Assembly (NCBI RefSeq): GCF_002105155.1
Contig: NW_019029024.1
Coordinates: 62,001-126,000 of the forward strand
Direction of reading: 5' to 3'
Origin: Lobosporangium transversale
Lineage: Eukaryota
Length of the DNA: 64,000 nt
The stretch's first letter is position 1; each line of letters begins with the position of its first letter. A program made the position numbers and the translations under genes. The notes beneath the pieces are model-generated. The model made no database searches and was not told the origin of the DNA. It was given only the letters and a program-made list of their open reading frames with translations. Positions 38,832 through 51,742 of this stretch are shown here, one piece after another.

Positions 38832-39008
38832 AGAATATTCGAATGTTAGCGTGCAAAAGATCCTTTTGTTCATTTTTTGGCCGCGCTGGGATGTTTCTGA
38901 TGTAATTGCAATTGCTGGAAAATTCTACAAGCCACTTGATGCATCCAGTAGGAACAAGTAAAAAAAAGTGTCTCAGTTTTACACAATCCCATGCAAATAT
39001 ATATAAAA
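38832..39008 (+). promoter_or_regulatory. Candidate heat-shock elements and TATA box of HSP104
   Basis: aGAAt-aTTCg at 38832-38841, gGAAa-aTTCt at 38917-38926 (flanked by imperfect units) and TATATAAAA at 39000-39008, upstream of the ATG at 39167. Confidence 0.5.
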
Positions 39009-39166
39009 GCACACGCACCCCACCCCAAGTCAGCAATTACACTCAAAAATATTCTTCACACTCACATTCACACTCACACGTCTCTTGTACATATCAATCA
39101 TCACTCTCACTTTTATCTTTAATCAAGTAATACTACATCCCTCTTTATTATCAAACATATCACATC

Positions 39167-41981
39167 ATGAACAACTTCCAGTTCACAGAAAAGACCGAGA
39201 AGACTCTCGCACAAGCCCAAGAGCTGGCTAGAGAGTTTGCCAACTCACAAATCACACCCATACATATCGCCTCTGCTATGATGGACGAAACTGACGAAGG
39301 CCCTGGTTCTTCCCTACTCAAATCTATCATTAACAAAGCTGGTGGTATGCCCGATGAGATCGAACGCGCCTTCAAAAAACTCCTCGTCCGTCTGCCAACT
39401 CAGAACCCTGCACCGCTTGAGGTCTCGCTCTCACCGCAGACAGCACAGCTTCTACGCAAGGCTCAAGAACATCAAAAGAAACAAAAGGACTCGTACATCT
39501 CAATCGATCATCTCATTCTAGCATTGATGGACGATGCTACCTGCTGGAAAGCCTTGAGTGAACACGGGATTTCAAAGACTGCTTTCGAGAATGCTATCTC
39601 ACAGACCAGAGGCAACCGTCGTGTTGAGAGCAAGAGCGCCGAATCACAGTACGAGGCTCTGTCCAAGTATGCCATTGACATGATTGCCCTCGCCGAGCAG
39701 GATAAACTTGATCCTGTTATTGGTCGTGATGACGAGATCCGTCGAGTGATCCGCGTCCTTTCGAGAAGGACCAAGAACAACCCTGTATTGATTGGGTAAG
39801 TTATCTCTTCCCTCACATAATATTTTTTTCCAGTCCTTATTTATTTTATGTTGCACAACGCCTAATCTACTTGTCCTAACCTTATTTCATCTGCATCCTC
39901 ATCTTCATCTTCATCTTCATCTATTCAATAGAGAACCTGGTGTCGGAAAAACTGCTGTAGTCGAGGGTCTCGCCCAACGCATTGTCCGAAAAGATGTCCC
40001 TGTCAGTTTGCAGTGTCGACTCTTTTCCCTCGATATGGGTGCTTTGATCGCCGGTGCAAAGTACCGCGGCGAATTCGAGGAACGTCTCAAGGCTGTTCTC
40101 AAAGAAATTAAAGACTCGGATCAAGGCATCATCCTCTTCATTGATGAAATCCATCTCGTCCTTGGTGCAGGTAAAACCGATGGTGCAATGGATGCCGCCA
40201 ACTTGCTCAAGCCCATGCTCGCTCGTGGTGAGCTTCGCTGCATCGGTGCCACCACTTTGGATGAATACCGTCAACACGTGGAGAAGGACCCTGCCTTTGA
40301 GCGTCGTTTCCAACAAGTTTATGTTGGCGAACCATCGTTGACGGACACCATCAGTATCCTGCGTGGTCTCAAGGATCGGTATGAAGTTCATCACGGTGTC
40401 AAGGTGGCTGATTCTGCACTAGTCACGGCGGCTACGCTTGCTCATCGCTACATCTCGAATCGCTTCTTGCCAGATAAAGCAATTGATCTCATGGATGAAG
40501 CCTGCGCTAACACCCGAGTACAATTGGATTCACAGCCCGAGATCATTGATCAATTAGAGCGTCGCCATCTACAGTTGGAAGTCGAGGCCACTGCGTTAGG
40601 AAAGGAAAAAGACCCTGCATCACAGCAACGTCTCGTCAAGGTCCGTGAAGAGATGTCTAGGATCTCGGAAGAACTCAAGCCCTTGAAACTCAAATACGAA
40701 CTCGATAAGGGTCGCATCAATGAAGTCCGCGACTTGAACCAAAAACTCCAGGATCTTAAGAACAAAGCTGAGGAGGCTGAGCGTCGTTACGATCTAGCCA
40801 AAGCTGCCGATATTCGTTACTATGCCATTCCCGATCTTGAGAAGAAGATTGCCACTGTCACTGCAGAGCGCGCGAAACAAGAAGCCGATCAGCTTTTGGC
40901 AGCTGCCAGTGGATCCAAGATGGAGACCGGTGACTTAGTGACTGAGATCGTTGGACCTGAGCAGATCACTGAGGTGGTGTCTCGCTGGACTGGTATTCCT
41001 GTCCAGAGACTTAACAAATCACAAGTTGAACGGCTGTTGCAATTGGGAGATCGTCTGAGCGAACGTGTTGTTGGCCAAGATGAAGCTGTCGAGGCTGTAG
41101 CTGAGGCTGTTCTTCGTTCCCGTGCCGGAATGTCAAAGGAACATTCGCCGATGGGTTCCTTCATGTTCCTTGGTCCAACTGGTGTAGGAAAGACAGAGCT
41201 TGCCAAGGCCCTCGCCCATGAACTCTTTGATGACGAGAACATGATGGTCCGTATCGATATGTCAGAATACATGGAGTCACATTCTGTTGCTCGCCTCATT
41301 GGAGCTCCTCCTGGCTATATTGGACATGATGAAGGTGGTCAGCTGACTGAAGCAATCCGTCGCCGACCCTACAGCGTGGTCCTCTTTGACGAAATTGAAA
41401 AGGCAGACATCAAAGTCCTCAATGTCCTTCTTCAAGTTCTAGATGATGGCCGCTTGACGGACTCGAAAGGCCGTGTTGTTGACTTTTCCAACACTGTCAT
41501 CATCATGACCTCAAACGTTGGCTACATTCATCTTCAAGATCTTGGAAAGACAGGAATTACGGAAGAAGCCCGTGAACTTGTGATGCGTGACGTACGAGCA
41601 CACTTCAGGCCCGAGTTCCTTAACCGTCTGGATGATCTTATTTTGTTCAGGCCTCTTGGAACTGAGCACTTGGCAAAGATCGTCAGGAATCAGCTCGCTG
41701 TTATTGGAAAGCGACTCGAGTCCAAGAACATTAAGCTTCACATTACAGATGGCGCAATTCAGAAAGTTCTCAACGATGCTTTCGATCCACGCTATGGTGG
41801 TCGTCCATTGAAGAGATATCTTGAGAAACAAGTCGTGACAAGAGTTTCAAAGATGTTGTTGACAGGTGAATTGACAGAGTATCAGAATGTCGTGGTGGAT
41901 TTGAGCAATCAGGGCGAATTGGTCTTCAATGTTCAGAAAGCAGGGACGATTGACAGCACAGATGCTATGAATCTCGATTGA
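39167..41981 (+). CDS. HSP104: Hsp104/ClpB disaggregase; 2 exons (intron 39796-39931)
   Basis: Clp-N domain, NNPVLIG-EPGVGKT, FIDEIH, middle coiled coil, [17 protein letters not shown] and acidic C-terminus DAMNLD. Confidence 0.97.
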
Positions 41982-42351
41982 CTTGCAGAAAATGGTCTTG
42001 AGGAGAACAACGATGATATTGAAGTAATGGATGGCGACAGAGTAGATCATGGTGTAAAACGTCGAGTACACACACAAAGAAGTAGTAGGACAAAACTCCC
42101 AAGACAAAAAACTTGACCAATTTTGCAACTTATTAGTTCATTGTACAATAAAAGAATAAAATAAAAATAAGCATTATATACAAATGAGTGGTGTAATTGC
42201 GCACGAGCCCCACCCCCTTTGTCCAAAGATACACAGACATTAGTCAAGTGTGAGTCTCTCAGATGATAGATCAGAAAGCTTCCAAAGTATCACAGTAGAA
42301 AGTTTTTACATCATTTCTTCCACATCAACTTTTTTAGCTGCCTCATTTAGA

Positions 42352-45300
42352 ATGTCATGTCGACGTGAAACAGACGAGGCAGCTTCGCATCTATTCTATG
42401 ACTATATTGATGACCATAAGGAGCTGCTGGCTATTAAAAGTAAGATGTTATGATAACAATAATGTGTTCTCTACGTTCTTTGACGCATGTCAATCATAGT
42501 CAAAAAAAAAAAAAAAAGTAATATAATATAAAATAAATGAAATCAGGTCTATTAATATTCATTCTAATACCGCCATCATTATCCACTCGCATAGTGAACG
42601 ACAGCAAAAAATCAAGCCAATTTATCGAAAAGGACAAACCAAGTTTCCATACCTCACGTCCGCACAACAGATTAAGGAGCATTACCAAAGGATTTCACTA
42701 TTTGGAGCGGCTATTCAATCTCCTTATATTCTCATTGACGGTCCTGTTCCTCATCGCAGCCCTGAATTTACTATTCTTTTCGAATTGGCCGTCCACGGAG
42801 CAGAATGTAACTCCTGTTATCTCGACAGAGCAGAAAACGAAATGGTCTCCTCATAGTAAGTACAAAATACCTACAGCAGGTATTTTACGCAAGTCAAGTT
42901 ACTCTATCATATTTTTCTTTATACTAGGAATATAAAATCTACTTTAATCCACTACTTTTAATATAAGTATATTCTTTAATACAATAATCCATTTCTCAAG
43001 ATGCTGCACTAAACTGTACAGTGTCGCCAGATAGTGTCGATCCTTGTTGTGGGTCCATATCTAATAGTGATAGCGGCTTCAATGGCAAGAATGACAATAC
43101 TAGTCACGATTTTGGTACCAACAATCAGTCAACTCCAAATAACGGACGACCCAAAAATGTAAAGCCTCAAAAAGGTCCTTTAAAGCCTCCACAGGCCAAG
43201 AGAATCCCTCGGCCGTTTACACTTCATAACGAGACATTCGTTGACAATTATCGATGGATGCATCAAATCAAACGAGATCCTGATGTGAAGACATATATTG
43301 ATGCAGAATCTGAATACACTGCTGCATGGGTTGAGCGATCAGGGGTTCAGGAACTGCAGATGCAACTTGAAAATGAGATGAAGCAGATCAAGCAGGCTAT
43401 TCGAAGGCAAGGGAAACAAAGAAGGGGGAAGTTACCACAGGGTGAGCGTCTCGAAGGAACTCAATTCTGGGATGTGGACCAATGGCGGTACTGCCTGGAT
43501 GATTCTATTGGGGACTTTGGCATTTACAAGAGAAGACGTATCCATAAAGACGAGCATATCCAGGCTATGGATAAAAAGAGAATATCCTATACGAGTTCGT
43601 CTGCTTTTAATTGTTTAAAGAGTCAAAATCAACAACCTCAACATCCTCAACAATCACAGCGAGTTATCTCAAAACCCTCTTTTGTGGATATGGCTAATAA
43701 GGCGGGCACAAACAGTCCTATCGGGGAATTGTCTGGTATTGAGCCAGAAGTAGTCCTTGATGTTAACCAGATCGCCAAAGAAAAGGGACACCAAGGAGGC
43801 AATGGTCAGTTTTCATTTGGCACTCTGGAGATCCAACCCCAAAATACGCTTTTAAAATGCGATTCAGATTATTCAGCTACAGAAAAAGGCAGCCCGACTA
43901 GTAAGTCAAATGTGAAAGCTTTGTATATGGCTTACACCTACGACACATCTGGAGATGAGAGGTATCGTATCAGTGTCATTCATTTACCCTTCAATAACCA
44001 GAAATCTGAGTCTTGTGCAGCACGCAGTTCTGCGCAGAGAAGAGATGAAATGTCAGACGGCTTTGAAATTCAGTTAAACGGCGCAGTTTTTAAGGATGCT
44101 GGACCCGACACACGATTCGTCAAATTGGGCAAGTCGCTCTACTTGTATTTCACGAAACTCGACCGCAAAGGTCTACAGCGCGAAGTGTGGAGGCTTCAAA
44201 TCGATACAATGAATGATGATATTAAGGCTCCCAGGAAAGCAGATAGTAAGGCTCGTCTGCATATGAGCTCGAGCAGCACTCGAGGCGCGAAGCAACTATA
44301 TGAGCCAGAGATTGTGATGCAAGAGAAAGAAGAACGAAATATTCTATCTGTATCCATGACAAATGATCAACGTTTCTTGCTCATTGAGGTAAACATATGA
44401 GTATAAAGCGAATTTGTTTCATCCACTTCAATCACACCCACGCTGACATCTTTGATTTTTTAACATGCTACATAATACAGAGCTCAGGACAAACCAACAG
44501 CCATTCGTACTTTCTAAGCATCGATGATCCCGACAGAGGATGGAGCATTATCCGTCCGCCAGAAAAAGACGTAATATACAAAGTCGAACATCATTCTGGG
44601 TTTTTCTACATCCGTTCTAACCACGGAGATGCCATCAATTTCAAAGTTCTCCGTATACCTGTCTCGGAATATATTGAAAACAATACTTCTTGCTTCAGAA
44701 AAAGGCCGGTTCGAGTGAGGTCCTCTGCTTCTTTCATTGAAACAGCCAATGACCAAGTAGTGATTGAGCATGACTCGGCAAACTTTCTTGAGCGTTTTGA
44801 GGTCTTTGTGGAGCACTTCGTCGCTTGGGTTTGGAGAGATGGGCTTCCAGAAATCCGCATCTTTTTGGCACCTCGGCCTGACGACATTAATATAACACTA
44901 CCTTTGCATGAGAAAGTAAGAATTCGGCCTTACCATAAAGAGCTCAATGTAACAACACTTATGCCCGGTAATATTCGATACGAGGAGCAGCGACTCTTTA
45001 GGGACTTTTTTTCAGCCAAGTTGGTGTATTCCAACTGTTCATTTATCCGTCCATGGGCTCTCTACGAATATGATATGCATTCGATCTCTAACGATTCGCT
45101 GGACAGTGGAATCTTCCAAGGTGATGAGGATGAGCGGCAAAGGAACGCTACTCGCTTGATCCGCCAAGATCCATTTCCATTGGACGTGAAGTACGGTCAA
45201 GCTCTCGCAAACGTTTCAGAGCTATGCACACATGAACAATCTAGCCCTGATTCAAAAGAAAGAGAAGAGGCTGAGATGGCAAAGTTCAAAGAAGTTCGCT

Positions 45301-46340
45301 TCATGGTCCCCTCAAAACATAGATTGAGGCGTAACAAGGCCCTGAATGATACACATCAAAATAGTGATGAAGAAACCTTGATACCTGTTTCTGTGGTCTA
45401 CTATACCTTCCCAGATGGTAAACAATTCCCACGTCGGGCTGCGTTGGTCAATGCCTATGGTGCGTATGGGACCCTTACATCGCCTATTTTCGATCCAGAG
45501 GCGTTGCTACCGCTCCTCCACCGTGGGCTTATTTACGTTCAAGTACACCCTCGAGGTGATGGAGTCTTAGGACCGAAGTGGTACAGAGATGGCAAGTTTG
45601 AGAAGAAGGTGAACACGTTTTTGGACGTTGAAGACGCTTTGCTATATCTAAGTGATTTAGAGATGGTGAAAAAAGAAGGATGTGCGATCCAAGGGCGTAG
45701 CGCAGGAGGCTTGGTTGCGGGTTGGATAGCCAATCGATGGGGTGACATGTCCTATCCATCCATAAATGGCAAAGATAAAGGTGATGTAAGATCTGAATCC
45801 CGGAACATTGTCAAAGAGATGGTGAGAGTGGTTGTAACTCAGGTTCCTTTTGTTGATGTCATTTCAGGTATGTCAGATGCAGAAATTCCTTGGGTAGAGT
45901 ATGAGCGGGATGAATGGGGTAATCCTGTGGCGAGTCAAGAGATTTTCGAGGCAATGAAAGGTTATTCTCCATACGATCGGATTCGAAGTCAGCGGTATCC
46001 GGATATGATGGTCATGGGCGGACTCAACGATGCTCGAGTTAGTTTTGCAGAGCCCCTAAAATTTGTTGCCAAGCTAAGAAGTATTGATGGCAAGACGAAT
46101 GACTGCCAACCAATGGAGTCGGACGAAGATCAGGAAGCCAAGTCTAAGCATGAAAAGAATTACAAGGTCAAGATGTGTGTAGGCAAGAAAGATACCTCGT
46201 TATTATTGCAAATGGAAGATGGAGGCCATTTCAGTGGGAAAGAGTCGTTATGGATGGCATTTGCACTCTATACTTTAGACGCAGAGAAGGTTGTATCGAC
46301 ACCGTCAATAATACAGTGGTCATCAAAAGTCATTCAATGA
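42352..46340 (+). CDS. Oligopeptidase B-like S9A serine peptidase with N-terminal signal anchor; 4 exons
   Basis: PPQAKRIP, DNYRWM, YTYDTSGDERY, AYGAYG, HPRGDG..G.KWY, GRSAGG (Ser), VPFVDV, DEWGNP, NDARV (Asp) and GGHF (His). In-frame exons start at ATG 42352, with a TM segment in exon 2. Confidence 0.88.
46314..46340 (+). repeat. Left terminal inverted repeat of the Tc1 element (perfect core)
   Basis: Exact reverse complement of 47891-47917. Confidence 0.97.
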
Positions 46341-46645
46341 TTTTGAATTTTTAACATTCTCATTCCTTTTCTTCATTCTCATCTAGCATGTGGCTAGTAT
46401 ATTTGGGGTAGTGCATTTGTTCCCCACACCTCATGATTACTTTGATGTCTCATTCCTAATTATGACTTCATTGTGAAATAAAACCAATTTCAATTTGACC
46501 TGCCTATTGAATGACTTCTGCTGAATTTCAATGTTGATTGCAAAAAAAACTTTTTCACTTCTCTTTTTTCTACCAAGATTACCTTCAGCTATATCTTCAT
46601 ACACCTCTACTTACAATTAACATTCCACATCGTTTAGTATTTATT

Positions 46646-47665
46646 ATGAGGAGGCTTTCTATGGAAAAGGTACAAAATGCTCAGGCCTTACTTCGACAAG
46701 GGAAGTCTACAAGCGAAGTGGCAAGGCAACTTGGTATCTCTATTTCATCGGCAATAAGGATCAGGAGTGACGTCAAGGACAATATTCCTAAACCCAGAAT
46801 GGGCAGACCCTCATTGGTTTCCCCTGCTACCAAGAGGGTTATTGCACGCGAGGTTGATACGGGGAAACTTAGATCCATTCTGGCAGTTCAAGAATACATC
46901 AGATCGAGCCATGGAGTGCATGTCAGTGTAGAGACTGCCCGACGCTATGTAAAATCAGAGGGTTTGAAAAACTATGTCCGCCCATTCAAGCCTAGGCTGA
47001 CAAAAATGCAGATTGCGAAAAGGAAGAATTTTGCCCTCAACCACCTTGACTGGACTGTTGATGACTGGAAGCGAGTGATGTTCTCGGACGAAAAGCTTTT
47101 TGAAAGGCTAGGGTCCTTAGGAGGAAGAACACAATATAGGCGACCCGGCCACAGGACTTTAGAAGATCGAGATGTTAGAGAGAGATCAAGGGGAGCACAT
47201 AACAAACTTATGTGGTGGGGCTGTATCACTTATCATGGTGTAGGCGATGGTTGCAGGATCCCTGTCACAGTTGATTCCTCTTTATATGTTGATGTTCTAC
47301 AAGATTATGTCCTCGGCTCATGGAAGTGGCATGGCCAGGACCCTGAAAAGTTAATTTTTCAGCAGGACAATGCAAGTGTTCATACGAGTAGGATGGTTAA
47401 AGAGTTCTTAATTAAGTCACACATTACCACTTTGGAGTGGCCTCCAAATTCTCCTGACCTCAACCCTATCGAGAATGTATGGGCCTACATGGATCATCGG
47501 CTCAAGGGATATGAGAAGGTACCAAAGGATCTGGATGAACTATGGGAAAGACTACAGGATATCTGGACATCTATTCCACCTGACTTCCTTGATGAGCTAT
47601 ATGAAAGTATGCCACGAAGGGTAGAGGAGCTACATCGCATGAAAGGATCTCGTACACATTGCTGA
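46646..47665 (+). CDS. Tc1-family DD34E transposase, 339 aa, uninterrupted
   Basis: N-terminal HTH plus GRP motif, WTVDDWKRVMFSDE, FQQDNA and WPPNSPDLNPIENVW. 34 residues counted between the second D and the E. Confidence 0.95.
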   Translation: MRRLSMEKVQNAQALLRQGKSTSEVARQLGISISSAIRIRSDVKDNIPKPRMGRPSLVSPATKRVIAREVDTGKLRSILAVQEYIRSSHGVHVSVETARRYVKSEGLKNYVRPFKPRLTKMQIAKRKNFALNHLDWTVDDWKRVMFSDEKLFERLGSLGGRTQYRRPGHRTLEDRDVRERSRGAHNKLMWWGCITYHGVGDGCRIPVTVDSSLYVDVLQDYVLGSWKWHGQDPEKLIFQQDNASVHTSRMVKEFLIKSHITTLEWPPNSPDLNPIENVWAYMDHRLKGYEKVPKDLDELWERLQDIWTSIPPDFLDELYESMPRRVEELHRMKGSRTHC

Positions 47666-47890
47666 AGAACAGAAAAAAAAAACAAATAAAGCAAAGCTGC
47701 TGATTTTCTTCAAATGTCATTCAATGAGATGCCAATAATTGGCATTCATCTAAATTTTCAATTAGCAACAGGAGCTCATTGACATTGTAGTAGGAGTGAC
47801 GTTGTCGATGGTCAAACTCGCTACGTAAGTTTCATTAGCGACAAGCAAGATCAAATTGGAGAAAGGAATGAGAATGTCGAAATTCCTAAT

Positions 47891-47917
47891 TCATTGAATG
47901 ACTTTTGATGACCACTG
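47891..47917 (-). repeat. Right terminal inverted repeat of the Tc1 element (perfect core)
   Basis: Exact reverse complement of 46314-46340. Confidence 0.97.
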
Positions 47918-47990
47918 TAGATGGTTTATAAAAATTTTATATTTTATTCTAAATTGCTTGATGTAAAAGTCATCCGAAGGATTTTTTTCT

Positions 47991-50269
47991 TCATGAAAGT
48001 ACTTTGCCCATGCGGATACCCATCATGATGCGCTCGGCTAGATTACGATCCTTGCGCCCCACAAGGCTTGTCGCACGCCCACCACGACCCCCACGCGCTG
48101 TGCGACCTACGCGATGCAAATAGTCAACAATGGTTACAGGAAAGTCGTACAGAACCACGTGGTTGACAGCTGTAGTATCAATCCCTCGTGATGCAATATC
48201 TGTTGAGATCAGCACCTTTCCTCCAGTATAGCTAGGCTTTGCGGCAGATCCTTTAGACATTGTGTTCAACCCGGGTGGGGGCGGAATATAATCATCGTCC
48301 ATGAACTGTTCAAGGATCTCATTGCGATTTGAAGCGTCCCCATGCAAAACACCTAACAGTCCTGGAACCTTGTTTGTCTTCAAGTGCTCGTACAGGATCT
48401 CACAAGAATGCTTGGTGTTGCAAAAGATTAGTGTGTTCTCTTTGCGTTTACTTCCTGCAATCTGTTGTTGTTTTGCTAGAATATCCAGGATGGCTTTAGG
48501 TCGATTTCCAAAGTAAGGTTTTAGATCTAGGAATGTTTGATGCAATCCTGGTAGCGATTTATGCAAGGAAGGCGTCGTGATCTTGAGTATACCGGGCAAA
48601 GTTTCGTCTAGAGTGTCTGATACCTTCTTGGGCAGCGTGGCCGATACAACAGTGATATTGGTCGGATACCTAGTATTGGAGGCAGCGACTCTGGCCTGCT
48701 TAACAATTATAGAAACCTCGTCTCCGAATCCACGATCAAACATTGAATCGGCTTCATCAATCACCAGATGTATCAATGAGTCTAAACAAATCTTGTTGTC
48801 TTCAAGTAGACCAGCACTACCTCGAATTTTGCGGTCATTCTCGCCCTTGTGATTAGATCTATACGCCTCTTTTGGTAGATAGTCTAGCAAGCTGGATGGT
48901 GTAGCAACAATAATATCAACAGGTCCAGATTCCAGGCGCTGGATAATACTCTTGGGTGCCATCGCATGCGATATTGCTAAGGCTCTGACTTTGATCGAAT
49001 GTGAGAGATCTTTCAAAATAGAGGACACTTGAGCTACAAGCTCACGTGAGGGTAACAGCACAATAGCTCTGGGCTGATTGAAATGTCGGATTGTGTTTAA
49101 TGCACGGACCTTACTCCCTTCAGCGTCAATCCCTCCCTCACTCTGATAACGACTGATGGCCTCATCTTCCTGCACTTTGAGTTGATGAAGTACAGGAATC
49201 AGGTATGCTAGAGTCTTTCCAGATCCTGTTTCTGCAGCACAAAGTGTATAGGGCGATTTTTTTTTAGGATCGATTGCTGCTGGGATAGTTAAGGCCTGAA
49301 TCTCTGTTGGCCTGATGCTTTCCAGTGATTCATTTGATACTATAGCGGAGGATTTGGACACCCTTACAGATTTGGACAGCAATTCCATGACGCCCTTCTC
49401 TACATCCGGATGTATCCCCATATCCTGAAATCTGCTACTGGCAACTTTATCCATCATCTCCTGCACATCGCCCAATTCCTTCGCAAAGACTTCTTCATTT
49501 GACGTTTTGTCAAGACCAGTCTGAGCATTCATTTTGTATTTGGAAATAGGTATGTTTCTATTCGAGATCAAATTCAAACTCACATCCGAGGCAATGGGTT
49601 TTAGCGCGAATCGAACAGGAACAAATCCGCGTACTTTTGGTCCTAATTTTCTCTTGGCACCAGCCTTAATCAGCGCCCGTTCTGCCGCCGCCGCTTTGTC
49701 TCTTCCAGCATTACCAGTTTTGAGGGACAGGTCATTGTGAGATCCCTTGGACTTGTAGAATGACGCGAATCCTGGTGCAAACGAATGTTCAAGCTGTGGG
49801 TTCCTTGATCCTCTTTCGAGCGAAGTAACAGATACAGAGGTTGAGATGATACGTTTTCGCGGAGAAGAGACTTTGGCTTGCATTCCCGATGATTCCGAAG
49901 TATCCAAAGTTAGTTTCTTCCATTGATGACTCTTAGGCTTTGCATCATGCGGAAGTGTCGTGCTCTTATAGTTGGTCGTATGTTTTGATGACCGGGTGGC
50001 TTTCAATTTCTGTTCCTTGATGATTCGCTGTTTAGGGCGAGGTGCTCTCTTTGCGTAAACAACAACAGCAGAGCTTGTTGAGAAGTATTGTTGGCCAGTA
50101 GATATAATATTGTTTATACATGATATACTGGAGCTGAATGGCCAACTTATGGCTTGACAGCGTCTAAAAGTCTGGTATGACAAGACTGGAACAATCCGAT
50201 CTGATCTCTTTAAAAGAAAATGCAAAGCTAATTTATTTCAAATCAATTACCAAGAAGCCAGGAGAGCAT
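47991..50269 (-). CDS. MRH4: Mitochondrial DEAD-box RNA helicase, MRH4/DDX28-like; start uncertain (possible short first exon 50269-50251)
   Basis: Basic presequence-like N-terminus. [55 protein letters not shown] and HRVGRTAR. Confidence 0.78.
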
Positions 50270-50448
50270 CTATTATGATTAGCTTTGTTGAATGGAATAC
50301 TAGAAGGATTCATAATTATTGGAATGGCCGTACCTGACATGACGAAAAGGAAGGCTACGAGCTGTTTCAACTTTTTTTTTTTTTTTTTTTTTTTTTTGAG
50401 AACAAAAAATAGTGACTGCTGTAATGGATGTCACCAAAAGAGGAATAG

Positions 50449-51483
50449 TTATACAAGTGTACCGATATAGTGGGACCGAGGATATCGCTCTTTGAGTTTT
50501 GGCCATTGTACTAGAAAAACATCAGACAGCGGATAAAGGAGCTTGCCAGCGAGGCTGAGCGTCTGAACTCTCGCAAAACTCTCGACAAACACCAGATCAG
50601 GCGTCAACTCATCAGAAATACCTATCATTCTTGCGCCAATGACAGCTAGGGCCAGAGCTAAGCATGTCCCAGGGCCATTCATGAGCAAAATACTCCGACG
50701 TCCTGAACACTGTAGATCCTGCGATGGTGATGATGATGATGATAATGATGAACGCTCTAGACTAGTTTGTTCTGATGGCTGAGACGGTACTGATGCACAA
50801 TGATGGTTGATTTTCTGTATTGACAAAAAGGTGAGATGCTTGATCAATGGTATGGCTACTATTAATGACTTGACCAGAGTCAATGGTGTTGTTAATAAGG
50901 ACTGGTGTACGTGTCGACTACGGGGGATGCGATGAATAGTGTATCCATTTAAATGACCAGCATCTTCAGCAATTTGTCTTTGATGAGCTGTGGTAAGGCT
51001 TTTGAACAGAGTAGTAACATCTCTCTGGTGACGCGAAGATTCGAATCGATGAACCTTTTCGACACTAGCATGATCATCAATGCCAACTACATAGTGTCTA
51101 GGTGAGTATTTGCTGATATCCAGTCCAGATATTAGCTGTAACATCTCAGCAGTGTGTCCTCCAGAGCCAAGAAAAATGGTTGTCGTGCATCTGTGAGTAT
51201 GAGCTACGAACGAGTTTTCCTTAATGGCATTGAGAGTATTCCCTCTGGTGTTGATAATCACTTTCTTATCACTGGACAATGAAAATGATGATGATGACGA
51301 TGTTGAAGTTACTTCGTTGGGGAGCGTCACAGATGTGTCCCTCAATAACTTTTTACTTGGACGATATTGGGGTAGAGCGGAACGTAGCCGAAGAGCAACG
51401 GCAAGCGCTATGGGGACTGAGACTATGATTGAAGTCAAAAGGGCTGCGAGAGCAACATTATAGACATTCGAATCAAATTCCAT
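50449..51483 (-). CDS. ALG14: UDP-GlcNAc transferase subunit Alg14, intronless
   Basis: N-terminal TM. FLGSGGHTAEML, IPRSRHVHQS, MNGPGTC and FVESFARVQTLSLAGKLLY...FLVQW. Confidence 0.95.
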   Translation of the reverse strand: MEFDSNVYNVALAALLTSIIVSVPIALAVALRLRSALPQYRPSKKLLRDTSVTLPNEVTSTSSSSSFSLSSDKKVIINTRGNTLNAIKENSFVAHTHRCTTTIFLGSGGHTAEMLQLISGLDISKYSPRHYVVGIDDHASVEKVHRFESSRHQRDVTTLFKSLTTAHQRQIAEDAGHLNGYTIHRIPRSRHVHQSLLTTPLTLVKSLIVAIPLIKHLTFLSIQKINHHCASVPSQPSEQTSLERSSLSSSSSPSQDLQCSGRRSILLMNGPGTCLALALAVIGARMIGISDELTPDLVFVESFARVQTLSLAGKLLYPLSDVFLVQWPKLKERYPRSHYIGTLV

Positions 51484-51742
51484 TACAAGTTTCCAACCAG
51501 CCAGGACAGGATTCTCAACGTAATGAAACAGAGGATTTTAGTTTTTCAAAAAAAAAAAAAAAAGTTGGGACGTTTGTAGTGGTCCTTTATCACGTGTATG
51601 GTTTAAATATATACCACTTTATTGAGTCAGAGCAGATGACCCTTCATTTTAAAAAAAGAATGACACTGTTTGTGTAACTGGTCGATTAATGCTAGGTCGA
51701 TATCATACATACATACTACGAAGGAAAAACTTTTTCCATTTT

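Larger units (their letters stand above)
46314..47917 (+). mobile_element. Full-length Tc1/mariner DNA transposon, 1604 bp, TA target-site duplication
   Basis: TA at 46312-46313 and 47918-47919. Perfect 27-bp TIR CAGTGGTCATCAAAAGTCATTCAATGA, extending imperfectly to about 57 bp. Single transposase ORF. Confidence 0.97.

Noticed and set aside
39792..39931. His-Leu repeat N-terminal extension of the long HSP104 ORF
   Set aside because: It is the intron (CATCTT microsatellite) read through in frame; exon 1 supplies the true N-terminus.
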